This document shows positions 13,581-26,811 of a DNA stretch of 64,000 nt, one piece after another. The DNA comes from Antedon mediterranea (taxonomy: Eukaryota; Animalia; Echinodermata). Made by a program: the position numbers and the translations under genes. The stretch's first letter is position 1. Every line of letters begins with the position of its first letter. The notes beneath the pieces were generated by a model that worked only from the letters and a program-made list of their open reading frames with translations, did no database searches and had not been told where the DNA came from. Where the stretch lies: contig NC_092680.1 in assembly GCF_964355755.1 (NCBI RefSeq), forward strand, positions 17,741,045 to 17,805,044, in the 5' to 3' direction.

Positions 13581-14970
13581 TTGTTGTGCTTACTTTTTTT
13601 TTCAATTTCACCCAAACGGCCAAAATTCTTGAGCTGGGTGACGATACAGACCATGGGTACCTCCCTGGTACAGACCTTATAGAAATCGTGAAAAGTAGCT
13701 TTTACAAAAAAGTGTCTCTTAAAAAATACGCTTAAATTACCCACTCTTTATCACATAATTAAGAACCATTGTGCAGGGAGTTGTTACTCCCTGCATTTTG
13801 TAAGAAAATAATTACAAAAACATCGACAAGTGTGGAATTCCACTGTGTTAACGCCCTCTAGACAAAAAAAACCTCTCACAATGAATATGAGTCACTATTG
13901 AATGGTGGATAATAAAAGTGAGAAAGCACATGAATGGTTTCGTTAGATGCATTCATTCAGCAGTCAAGTTAGTAGCCGGTTGTAGGGGTTGTAGCAGCAT
14001 TTAGCATTACCCGGGATAGAATCTATTCAATTTTGAAGGATAATCATTTAATATAAGCTCTATCGGTTTGTTGATTTTGGATTAGTTTTGCGCAACACAA
14101 TTACGCAAGGTAAGTAGTTTTAACTATATATATTTATATTTATATTATATTATATAATATAAGAATATCACTTTTAATTCTATAACACACATGAATGTTT
14201 TATTGAAACTGCTATCGGAAGCTATTTATTACGAATTATTTTATATGTGACATTGAAAAGTGTTATAAATACACGATATTAGCGATTTTAATATAAAGAT
14301 CAAGGGCATGATATTTATGGCGCACGTAAGATGATAAAATAAATATCGCCCCAGTTAAATAAGGACTATTATTAGGCCTACGTCCTGAGTAGTAATATGG
14401 CGTGTATATCACGGAGGGTGAAAGAAAGACATAAAAGAACACGGTCCATTTTACAATCCAATTTACACACAGACAGTAATTTCACCTTATTATCTACCGT
14501 ACTGGAGCCATTCATAAACACTGGGGCAGATCATGGGATATGCATTTTTAGAGGGTGAGGAACACATTTCCTCCTTCACTTTGACGTCAAATCCTAAATT
14601 CATTCTGTTAGTAACCCAGTTTTAGGGGTTTTTCCCGGTGTCAGATCGGTGCCCTTTGTCGTAAATAAGCTTAGTTTTAATTGTTTTATCATAAATTTGT
14701 GGTAATATAATTGGATGTACTATGGTAATCAAGCATTGATATTAATATCCCGCGCTGTTATTATTATTTCTGTAAGCAGATGTCCAAGACTATTACAGTC
14801 TTCTCCAGCCAATTTGCCGTTTCACGTCTTTGCAATTGTCAGTTTATCATCGACAATTAATTCTAATTTCCGACGACTCGGTATCGTAAACTATATTATT
14901 CCAATTTCCATTAACATTGTCAAAGGAATGAGAGAGACTCAAGTTTTTATCGATAAACATGTAGGCCTAA

Positions 14971-15138
14971 AGGCCAATTTACACAGACGAGCGGTAACGG
15001 TGAGCGAAAAACCGCGTAGTTGGTCCCACGTAGAATCTCCTTGAGCGGAAACCGTCCGCGTTTCCGCTCCGCGTTGTGTGTATGAATAACATAGACTCAT
15101 ATCTTATACCGTTACCGCTCGTCTGTGTAAATTGGCCC
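14971..15138. mobile_element. MITE with ~30-bp TIRs (Harbinger-like ends)
   Basis: ggccaatttacacagacgagcggtaacggt ... accgttaccgctcgtctgtgtaaattggcc form a perfect inverted pair. Confidence 0.8.
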
Positions 15139-15714
15139 TAGTATACAGAGAACGAACACGCGTTATGCATTATGTCACAAACATTTTTTTCCTATTAGGT
15201 TAAAGCAGAAACTATAGAGGGTCCGCCGCACACCATTTCGGTACTTCTTTTTACACAAACATTTTGTTTAATAGGCAAATGTTTACAAATTAGACAAAAT
15301 GTATTTTAATTTTAATCGATTAGCCCTTTTGAATCATATCAGATTGTTATGTTCATAGACAATATAGGAGCCTACAGATCAAAGTTCACAAAATGTTACT
15401 TATCATCGAATTATGGTTTAATCAAACACCACTTATCACCTCTATCATACATAGGACAATGTGATTGATTCAAGAGGTACACACATTAGGCTATCTATTC
15501 ATTAATTGAATTTCATTAGGGGTGGGGGAGAGGTCAAGTGAATGATCATACAACAGTAGTCGCACAAATGCATGAGCATTTATGCATAAAATTAGTAAAT
15601 AGGCCTAATAAATTTGTCATTTGTAAATACTGTATATAAAAAACATTTACATTGAAATGAATTTCAACGGTTTCGGCTAACAGCAAATTAATATAGAACT
15701 TAAACTACATGGTG

Positions 15715-16060
15715 AAACTATCCCCCGCCTGACACAATCCCGGTATTTCTAGGACTGGTTTCGGGGTTGGTAAAAAACTAAGCCCCGCCGGAAACCATTC
15801 CGGTACTTCTAGAACTGGTTTCAGGGTTGGTAAAACTAAACACCGCCAGAAAACATTCGTGGTATTTTAAGGTTTCAGGGTTGGTAAAAAAACTAAACAC
15901 CGCCGGACACCATTCCGGTACTAGAACTGGTTCGGGGTTGGTATAAAACTATCCCCCACCGGACACCATCCCGGTATTTCTAGGACTGGTTTCGGGGTTG
16001 GTAAAAAACTAAACCCCCCCGGACACCATTCCGGTACTTCTAGGAGTGGTTTCGAGGGAA
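15715..16060. repeat. Tandem repeat, ~56-60 bp unit, ~6 copies
   Basis: Unit like aaactatcccccaccggacaccatcccggtatttctaggactggtttcggggttggtaaa, recurring near 15715, 15775, 15833, 15890, 15946 and 16006. Confidence 0.85.
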
Positions 16061-17781
16061 GTACAAACTTAACGTAAACATGTGTCATTAAGCAAAGTTA
16101 ACGAACTTATAATCATTTATTATAAGAGTTAACAATTGGTGGCATTTCCTTTATGGAGGCATGAGTTATGAATCTCTAAATCAACGAAGCTGCTTCGCAA
16201 ACTTTCCGCACCACATTTTGGATGAAGACATGCCCCCACCCCTCCCATGTTTGTATTTTGGAAATATGGGTTCATGATATCGTCAGGAATTATAAAACAT
16301 CGTATACGTTCCAAATGGTACTTTCGATATAAGCAATTGATTTATACAATAGGTAACACAATCTAATCATGAAATAGTAGGCCTGACAATAATACTAAAT
16401 GTACAGTACAACTTTATTATTTAAAAACATTTATTTTAATTCTATATAAATTAAAAATGTTTTTGTTTGCTCGTACAGCAATCTATAACCATAGTAATTC
16501 CGAGATCAAAATAATTAATCCTGAAGCAGAAGGATGTGCGCGTTCCCATCTTAGATCAATCCCGGACAAAGAAGCACGTTCCGTGGTAATTTCTCCAATT
16601 TAACGACATTATGCATTTTCTTTAACGGTTACTATTAGTCGTAATTTTTCGTATCGAGTCTTATACACTGTAGTCATAGGCATTCAAACTTTCAACATAC
16701 AGGATAGAGCTCCAATCATTTCCATCAGATATTTTAACGCGCGTCGTACGATGTAAAAGTGAGTAGGCGGCGCGGAGCCTACGAATATTTCGGCGCCGCT
16801 GGTGACACTCTTTACGTGCAAATAATTATTTTATGTAACCTCTAAAAATCGATTCAATGATGACGTACCCAGTAGTATTATCCTCTAAACATCAAAAGAT
16901 AATTTAAAATACCATTAATACATTATTCGTATTTGAAATTATTATAATATCGATTTGAGGTCTATAAATAGAAGTAATTTTAACAGTTTGTCTAATATAG
17001 GAAACCATTTTAGTATCTGTAAGACAAATACTGTACATAAAAGACGTTAATTTCATCATCGTTATGATCGAGTAATTCCCACAATCATGTTGATTATTGC
17101 GGAACTAGTTGGTGTGGTGCCAGTATTCACAGGTGATTTTGGTTTTGATTGTTTTAATTTATTTCTTATTTTATTTATTTATCTATTTTCTTTTATGCTT
17201 TTTATTTATTTTTACAAGGGGGTGACTCGAGTTGGCAGGGTTGTCATGTCATGAATTTACATCTAAACCTCTGCTTAGGGAATGGATCATCTATAAGTAT
17301 TATTTTGTTGTGATGGTCTTCACTTTCTTCATTCCACTCTCTCCCAGCGCGATGAAAGAAGATGATATGGTATAGGCATGTGATAATGATATTTATTATT
17401 ATGATATTTATAATATAAATTATAGTAGGACAGCCTCTTATACGAAAATCAGCGAAGAAATAATTGTATTTACATGTTATCTTTTAATGATCACTATCAG
17501 GTTACTATCTCATCTTATTCTGATCATCTTCTACATTCGTCATTTTTAGTTATTGCAATTTCAATTCTGAATTTGCATTTAAATATGTAACATAATACTA
17601 ATTATAGTTTTAAATCGATGATTCTGTACTTATAGATCTAAACGATATGCTTGGTCAAATATAGTGGAAACGTAAAGTATTTATACGTACACTTCATCAT
17701 CTTCTTCATTAAAGCGTGGTTCCCATTTAGCGACGCAAATTGCAACGTAACGAAATGCCCTTCTAATAATAGTGTTTTCTA

Positions 17782-18222
17782 CACAGTAGAAATAGTGTTT
17801 AGATCTTAAACATGTACTTACTTTTCTCACACATTTAGCCTTAAACATGTTTAGATATGAAACATGTTTAGGTTCTAAGTACATTCTAAACATGTGTAGT
17901 CTGTATCCAAGTCAACACATCAGTGACGTGTTGATTGTTAAACATGTGAAGCACTAATTTAAAAATTAATTTGCTATGTGGAGCTCATGTGTGGAGCTTG
18001 TTTCTACCACAGTAAAATCATATGCACATAACGCTAAACACGTACCTAAACATGTTGACTGAGCAAAATAGTGACATATTGACTGCTAAACGAGTTGAGG
18101 AAAACAACATGTAACTATAAACACGTGTAGGTTTTAAACACGCACTACGTGTTTTTAAATGTGTGGAAAAAGTGGGTACAATTACTTCTTTCTTACATAC
18201 GTTAAAGATCTAAACACTAGTG
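17782..18222. mobile_element. EnSpm/CACTA-like non-autonomous element
   Basis: Starts cacagtagaaatagtgttttagatctt and has an inverted counterpart aagatctaaacactag, with internal aaacatgttt repeats. A sister copy at 22751 begins CACTGTAAAAA. Confidence 0.55.
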
Positions 18223-18343
18223 TCGTCAGTAAAGCCATGGAGTATTACTCCATGGTGAAGCTACAGCCACACTTGTTACGTTTCACGGAATGGAAGACGG
18301 TACCGTTGGCAATTATTCAAGTTGTTTATACAGGCGCGCCTGT

Positions 18344-21300
18344 TAGTAGAGCAGTTAGTGCCATAAAAATAGCCAAGTTGTGCACTTTATTACCAAAGCA
18401 TGAAACTTGCCACAAAGTTTCTTTGATGTATATAGATTAAAAATATCGGGGGGTGCCAAGTGTCCAACGTCCGGTATGGCGGCCATCTTGATTTCAAAAT
18501 GGCCACCATAAAAACAAAAAGTGTTCATATCTTGGGAACTATAAACAGTAGAGACTTGATTCTGGTGTTAAATTGTTCACAAACCACATATTTCTATTTG
18601 CTCTAATGAAAAGTTTCGTGAAAAAATGACCGGAAATGACGTTTCTCCCAGTTTGACCTTTGACCTCTTATCTGTATATCTCAGTAACTACTGATCATTT
18701 TCAATCGATTTTGGTGTCATTTTGTTCAGAATAGAGACATTTATATTTGTAGTAATGAAACATTTTCACATAAAATGACTGGAAATACAATTTATAACCT
18801 TTGACATATATAATATGTGAACATACTGTATGTGGTTTACATTGGTATAAATGCACCTAATTTTTTTTAACGAAATAACTGACACTGCAAAAATGACCAG
18901 GAATTATTATTCTGAATTTTTGACTTTTGATGTGATAGGATAGGCGTAAAGTATGACAGATCACTGAGAAACAGCAATCACTGAGCTCATCTATGCCGAC
19001 TTGTTTGCTAAACTGTGATGTGTCAATCGTTAGATAAAAGTTTTGGTCCTCTCTCCATCATCTTTTTTTTTTTGCACTGTATTATACCATATGGACAATT
19101 GTCTGAAATAAAAGTTGAATTGAATTGTTAGATGCCATTTGGAAATATTTTTGATGTAAAGTAGCATTCTTTCGTTGGCCTCTTTGATGTTGCATATGAG
19201 ACAAGTTCGGAAAGTTTTCATTTTCATGAGTTAAGAGAATACCGTCTTTCAAAGTACTTACTCTACAAACTTATCCTGCATTTGTGCAGTAGACCTACTT
19301 TCATTAGTCAGAAACTCAGATAATTCTTGTTCATTTTCGTTGCATCTAAAAAAATGTACTCCATTTTTATGGTAATGGGCCTTTGCTGTAAACCATCTGA
19401 ATCCTTTTCCTCGATTTTCTCTACTCATTGGTTTTTTAGCAAAATCCGAACCAAATCAATTCGTAAAAGACATCTCAATATAATTATTCAAGTAATTCTC
19501 AAATTAGTGACATGGACCTACAATATACTGTTCTGTACAAGACCTTTTTAGGCATCCACTTGTGGACTTTCACTTTCAAGGTCTTGGTCTCCTAATCATA
19601 CAAGAAACAATGTCTGATTTAATCAATCAAAGTAGTGGGTCCAGACAAAGAAGGGGATGTAAGACCATCCACAGACAAAAAAGGGGGTATAAGACCATCA
19701 CAGACAAAGAAGGGGGGTATAAGACCATCCACAGACAAAGAAGGGGGTATAAGACTATCCACAGACAAAGAAGGGCGTAAGACCATCCACAGACAAAGAA
19801 GGGGGTGTAAGACTATCCACAGACAAAGAAAGGGGTATAAGGCCATCTACAGACAAAGAAGGGGGTGTAAGGACCATCCACAGACAAAGAAGGAGGTGTA
19901 AGACCATCCACAGACAAAGAAGAAAGGGGTGTAGGACCGTCCACAGACAAAGAAAGGGGTGTAAGGCCATCCACAGAGAAAGAAAGGGGTGTAAGGCCAT
20001 CCACAGAGAAAGAAGGGGGTGTAAGACCATCCACAGACAAAGAAGGGGTGTAAGACCATCCACACACAAAGAAAGGGGTGTAAGACCATCCACACACAAA
20101 AAAGGGGTGTAAGACCATCAACAGACAAAGAAAGGGGTGTAATACCATCAACAGACAAGGAAGGGGATATAAGACCGTCCACAGGCACAGAAGGGGTGTA
20201 AGACCGTCCACAGACAAAGAAAGGGGTGTAAGACCGTCCACAGATAAAGAAGGGGGTGTAGGACCGTCCACAGACAAAGGGGGTGTAAGACCACCCACTG
20301 ACAAAGAAAGGGTATAGGACCACTTACAGACAAAGAAGGGGGTATAAGACCATCCACAGACAAAGAAGGTGATGTAGGACCATCCACAGACAAAGAAGGG
20401 GGTGTCGGACAATCCACAGACAAAGAAGGGGATGTAAGACCACCCACAGACAAAGAAGGGGGTGTAAGACCATCCACACACAAAGAAGGGATTATAAGAC
20501 CATCTACAGACAAAGAAGGGGGTATAAGACCATCCACAGACAAAGAAGGGGGTATAAGACCATCCACAGAGAAAGAAGGAGGTGTAAGACCATCCACAGA
20601 CAAAGAAGGGGTGTAAAACCATCCACACACATAGAAAGGGGTGTAATACCATCAACAGACAAAGAAAGGGGTTTAATACCATCAACAGACAAAAAAGGGG
20701 GTATAAGACCGTCCACAGACAAAGAAAGGGGTTCAAGACCATCCACAGACAAAGAAGGGGGTATAAGACCATCCACAGACAAAGAAGGGGGTGTAGGACT
20801 ATCCACAGACAAAGAAGGGGTGTAGGACTATCCACATACAAAGAAGGGAGTGTAGGACCATCCACAGACAAAGAAGGGGTGTAAGACCATCTACATACAA
20901 AGAAAGGGGTGTAAGACCATCCACAGACAAAGAAGCGGGTATAAGACCATCCACAGACAAGGAAGGGGGTATAAGACCATCCACAGACAAAGAATGGGGT
21001 ATAAGACCATCTACAGACAAAGAAGGAGGGGTAGGACCATATTACCGAGGAAGCATAGGCCTACAAAAAGAAGATGCAATCAAAATAGGCCTACCAGCCA
21101 CTTGGAAAACAATAAATTGTAGAATAACTGAGGCTTGATTGTTGAAATATAAAGGGTTCTTTGTAAGGTCATTAATAATATATTGATATAAACACGATCA
21201 TCATACTATTCATTTGACATTCAAATACAGTCTATCTCGAAAAGAAGCTCATACTATCACCTTTTCGAGGTTTTACGGTATTCCATAACATGTATGTTAT

Positions 21301-21990
21301 TTCCTCTGTCAAACTATTAAAACTTTTAGCGAATCAGAAGGTGCCAACATCATTGAACTAATGGTACCACCAAAAGCACAATGTTTACCAATTTTATGTA
21401 CTATATACAATTTAAGTCCATTAATCATTTAATATAATTACGCCTATCAGGTCAAAGTTTAGTTCAAAATTAGGTGCATTTAAGACCACCAAAAACCACA
21501 TACAGTATATTCACATAATTAAAAATCAATAATTAAATGTCAAAGGTCATAAATTGTATTTCCGGTCATTTTATGTGAAAATGTTTCATTACTACAAATA
21601 TAAATGTATTTATTCTGAACAAAATGACACCAAAATCGATTAAAAATGACCAGTAGTTACAGAGATATACAAATACGAGGTCAAAGGTCAAACTGAAAGA
21701 AACGTCATTTCCGGTCATTTTTTGACGAAAATTTTCATTAGAGCAAATAGAAATATATAGTTTGTGAACAATTTGAGACCAGAATTAAGTCTCTAATGTG
21801 TATAGTTGCCAAGATATGAACATTTTTTGTTTTTATGGTGGCCATTTTGAAATCAAGATGGCCGCCATACCGGACGTTGGACACTTGGCACCCCCCGATA
21901 TTTTGAATCTATATACATTATAGAAACTTTGTGCCAAGTTTCATGCTTTGGTAATAAAATGCACAGCTCATGTCATTAACTGCTCTACTA
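18344..21990. mobile_element. Non-autonomous Academ-type DNA transposon with ~520-bp TIRs
   Basis: Termini TAGTAGAGCAGTTA...TAACTGCTCTACTA. Long inverted repeats at ~18344-18865 and ~21465-21990 include ggcggccatcttgatttcaaaatggcc. A 3-bp direct repeat TGT flanks both ends (18341-18343, 21991-21993). TAG..CTA ends, long TIRs and a 3-bp TSD fit Academ. Confidence 0.8.
19643..21040. repeat. Minisatellite, ~30-bp unit, roughly 45 copies
   Basis: Consensus acagacaaagaagggggtgtaagaccatcc; lies inside the Academ-type element. Confidence 0.95.
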
Positions 21991-22750
21991 TGTACGTTTT
22001 TACAAACCTTGCTCACAACACAAGGTCGTAAGCGCAACGCAAGTAATTTGGCCAATCACAATTCGATGTATCACTATTCATCGCTTCGTGATTGGTCACA
22101 TTTTTTGCGTTCTCTCACGTCCTAATTTCGTTGTGTCCTAGCTAAGATTCATATCAAGCCTTAAGTAAAGTGTACGGACGCGTGTTACAGTACGTGTCAT
22201 GTATATATTCGCTAATGATTTGTATGTTACGGAAGCCTGTTAAAAACAGGTAGGCCTACAGATAAAAAGGTAGGCCTAAATCTAAACACGGTTTATTTAT
22301 AGTGATACCTTGTTTAAGAATGTATAGGAGACTGTGTACCGGTAATTTATTATAATTTTTGATCAAAAACGAATGAAGCTACACAATCTTATATTATTAT
22401 TCTTGGAAAGGTTATGAAAGGAATTATAAGGCTAGCTAAGTGTTGGAAAAACAAGATGAAATATTGATAATCAGAGAGTAATATTTGACGGCATAGATCT
22501 ACTTTCAGCAGCGGTACAAAAAGAAATAACAGACTTGAGGGGTTTAATGTAATTAATCGTCTCACTTCTTACAATAAGACATGTTTTAGATTAAATGTTG
22601 CTTTTAACGCGACTGATCGTAATGTCAGATTGTTTCGAAGAACATTGATGACGTCGCATGTCTAAAAATAAAATTATAAATTAATGTGTTGTAGCCTGAA
22701 AATTAAAACCAAGCTCTAGTATAGGTGGAATACACAGTATGTGAGTTCTA

Positions 22751-22890
22751 CACTGTAAAAATAGTGTTTAGATCATAAACATCTATTTTGTACCCACTTT
22801 TCTCACACATTTAGCCTTAAACATGTTTAGATATGAACATGTTTAGGTTCTAAATACATTCTAAACATGTAGTCTGACTCAACACATCAG
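22751..22890 (+). mobile_element. Partial EnSpm/CACTA-like copy
   Basis: CACTGTAAAAATAGTGTTTAGATC terminus; matches 17782-17930. Confidence 0.55.
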
Positions 22891-25800
22891 TGGAGCAATG
22901 TAAATGTTGCATGTACTTTTTTACTAAAGCAACCTTATTATCCTTACAGTATGTTTAATCTCCGGTATATTTAAAGATACCTTCTGGTTGTTCGATTTAG
23001 CTAACTTTTGTGTTACCATTGTTACACAGCAGATTACCTGTGCAGCGGATGGAAATTGTGGAATTGTCCGTATAGCCTATTTTTGTGATTTCTACTGTGA
23101 ATATCTAGGACTTTCTCACGTTTATAAAAGTGTACAGCGTTGAGTTCATCATATAAAGTTTACTATAAAATGCTAATAATAAATAAGCTTGAGAGTACAC
23201 CGACCCAGCTTTCAGTAACCTTATGGCGGAGTCAACTACAGAATATTAAAATCGCAATGCTATTTACAAACTCTTTCTGAAAATATGTCATTAAATAAAT
23301 GAAGCGGAATCACAAAAGACAAACTGAATATACAGTCTAGCAGTAAATGTACAGTAATCTAATGTGCTACATCATCAAATCCATTGAATATTGTAATGGA
23401 TTCAAATAGTTATCGGTACAGTATCTTAGGCAAATATTACAGTGTCACATAATGTATCACATTTAACACATCATTGGCCTAATCAACGTTATCACTCGTC
23501 ATATGTGATACATGTTACACTATATTATAATAGTACCCGTATACTGTAGTACTCGACAAACAAACAAATTAATCAGGTGAATATTGGTCGCACTGGTATT
23601 CTGATAGATTGTCACATTACCCAAAACAAAACCGTGCTAACACCCGATTCTGTAGCTGTCACTCGATAGAGTTTAACTGACTATCTCAAGTCACAGAAAC
23701 GAGTCTGGCCGTTTGCTATACTGTAAATACTTTTAATACACGATATCTCTAAAACTGCGCGACGGAGTAAAATTTAAAGACGACCGGTACGAATATCATC
23801 GACGAGAATTAAGTGTGAGAACCTCTTTATATTGGCCTACTTTTAAATCAAGATTTACATTGAAATTACTGTTAGTAGACAGATTGTGTGTCGTGGTGAT
23901 TTACCATGTATGGTACCGTAGGCCCTATATTCACTGAAGTAAAAAAAAAAAGCATTTTTATAATTGTTATTGCACATGACATATTTTCATTCGCAAAGGC
24001 ATAAAGAAGCTGTAACGGTGATAAAAATCAGTCATTTCTATGTATACAATCTCTAACATTTCCATGAAGGTTGTCTAAAGTTCATGCGAATAGTTCCCTT
24101 TGGAACGGTAAGCCGTCACAAACCATGACGAGAATAATACGGAAACTATTTGTATTCTATTCAAATCATCTAATGATATCAGGAACTAGGACACACATCT
24201 GTTTTCTAGTGGTTTAACATTCACTTATTGATGCATTCCTCAATACATTTTTTGTGTAATTCGTGAATAATACGTAAACATATTTTGTGCTTGAATCGTT
24301 TAATATAATTTTATTATCATATTTTATTATTCATTTGAAGTACCCGGTAAACACAAATGTGCAATTTTCCGGTAGGTTGAACAATGCACTTAAAGAAACA
24401 TTTCAAAGCACATTGTGGGATTCAAAATAGTGGCAAACGATATTTATCTTGATAATCAATCTATAAATAGACGAATATGTTTTCAAAATGTTTGTCTAGT
24501 CTACGCGCATGATTGCAATTGTCAAATTGATATGGGATTAAAATGTTGCTATATGTCGTGACTAGTTTACCTGGATAAACCAATATTGGCCATTGGCTCT
24601 TTTACATCGTTGACGACGCCAATGTGCGGTATCGTTTATGAACTCCACAACGTACGGCACTGTCTGCTGCTACATACCACGTTCGTTCACATAAGTTTTT
24701 AGCAACAATATGACACAAATGGAATTTCATAAGTAGACTATACGTACGTAAAGTATGTCTCAAATAAACACGTATGTATTAACATGTTGCGTTACCGTGA
24801 AGCTAATCGTCGTCCGTACATTAGCCGTTTGCAGATTTTATTAGTAACATTACATTTTGTCGTGTGAATGCATCGTATCTCATTCAAATTATCTCATTAT
24901 TTGAACGTATAGTGTACTCAATGTCAAGGTCAGTGTTCGTACTGCATCGTTAACTGTTATCATCCCTCATTACTTATCGCCATGCGTGCGTAGCGCATTA
25001 TGCAGTACCGTATCGCATCCCATCCTGGTACGTGTGACTTGAGGCCTACTTCTAGCATTATTCATAATATATAATAAAAATAGCTGGAAAAAATTCTTTA
25101 TTATGTAATTGATTCAATATTTTAATTTTTTTTTAAAGCAAATTCGCCAGTAAAGAAGGGTTAAGAAATAAGAAATAGACAACAAACAGATTGTGCAAGT
25201 TGAGGGGAAGACCTACCTCCACTCAATATAATCTCTAGCCTTCTAAATTAACAGTTTACTTGTTGGGTGACCTACATCTAAATTTTATCTAACCCACATA
25301 ACCCGACTATATGTTGTATTGCATTGACAAAAGCCTACAGATTATATAAGCTCTAACGTTATAAAGCTATGGAATATCATTATTTTCTAGTTTTTCATTT
25401 CCTTTAAACGATCGATATATTTTGTGTAATGTAAGTAGCAATATATACATACCGTACTTCACAGCTTATTCACTGAACCTGGCTGATATTAACAAACATA
25501 TTAAAATAGATCGACGGCAGACTAAGGCCTCAGCTAAAAAGATCCACGGGATAAAAGACAATGCCTATAAGTTCACGAAGCTTCCAAAATGTTCTTTCTT
25601 GTATTTATCTAATCATCCCCCCCCCCCCCCCACAAACGATTGTGGGTCACATGACGTGCAATAGTACCTTGTGGAAATATAACCTTTCATCATTCACCTC
25701 GTGACTTTATTTTGTACCATTGCACTCATAAACATTCATTATTTTGTACCATTCCACTCATAAACATTCATTATTTCATCAGTCCTTCAATACAAATACT

Positions 25801-26681
25801 TTGCTATATATATTTATGTCTCTTTTATCTTTATACTCTTGTGTTCGGCGATATTAAATTTGTCCTTTTCACTCGGTTACTACAGGAGTGCATTATTTAT
25901 AGGAGAATGCCAACAAGCTTATTACTCTGAACTGCAACATAACCGAGATTGCTTTAGGGAGTTAAGTATATGTTTGTAACATGGCTTTTAATGAACGAGA
26001 TACACAGTACAGTGATAGTATTGCTACAGGCCAAGTTCAGCAATAACACTGACGGTTATATTAACATTCATTTTTTAACCTATTTTTCATTTATTTGAAT
26101 AGCCTAATAACACTGTAAATGATACCACAAAATACTTTTCGATGTATTAACTGTGCAGGCCATATTTACTAAGTTGTATTGGCTGGCTGCGTTCCTTTGC
26201 AATACATATTAATAACTCATTGCATCCGTGCACTGCAATGTGTGTGTACTTATAAATATACGCAAAATTAAAAGAAGACGTAGACGCAACGCAAACAAGT
26301 TGACCAATGGAAAACGACAGGTCAAATAATCCATCGCTTGTGATTGGTCAGATCACGAACGTTGCGATTACGTCTAATTGCGTTGCGGAACGTAAGCATT
26401 ATAATCCTGATGGTGAACATTCAGCATACTTTTTCGATTTATTAACCTTTGTAAATTAAATTATTTTGTAGTGTCATTTATTCAAGCGATTGATAATTTC
26501 CCTACAGAGCAGATTTTACTTATCTAAATAAATCGAATTATTTCGCTCGGCCACTAAACGAATAGGATGAGATTAATCCACCATAATTACCGTAACAATC
26601 TGTTGTAAATAGATTAACGTAGCCTGGAATAAAACAATTCATGAATATGATATTGTATATAATAATTTTGTTTATTTGACT

Positions 26682-26811
26682 GTTACTCAACCGGACCATA
26701 AATTTATAGGTGATGCTTGCTCAAAGATACCCAAATGATTTGTCAGTCGGTCGGTCGGTAAACACTAAGTTGAGCACGTGACTGCAGCCATGTAGGCTAT
26801 ATGGCCTTGTT
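26682..26811 (+). mobile_element. Miniature HINE/DINE-1-like element
   Basis: ctcaac...gttgag subTIR pair, a (gtcg)n microsatellite, and a 3' hairpin gccatgtag-g-ctatatggc followed by cttgtt. Confidence 0.45.

Noticed and set aside
16129-17400. ORF 16129-16314 and an exon-like segment near 17220-17370
   Set aside because: No recognisable protein similarity; the exon-like segment has an in-frame stop in the frame checked.
19562-21020. Many overlapping ORFs up to 352 aa
   Set aside because: They are translations of the 30-bp minisatellite, with frames switching at indels; no domain or splice support.
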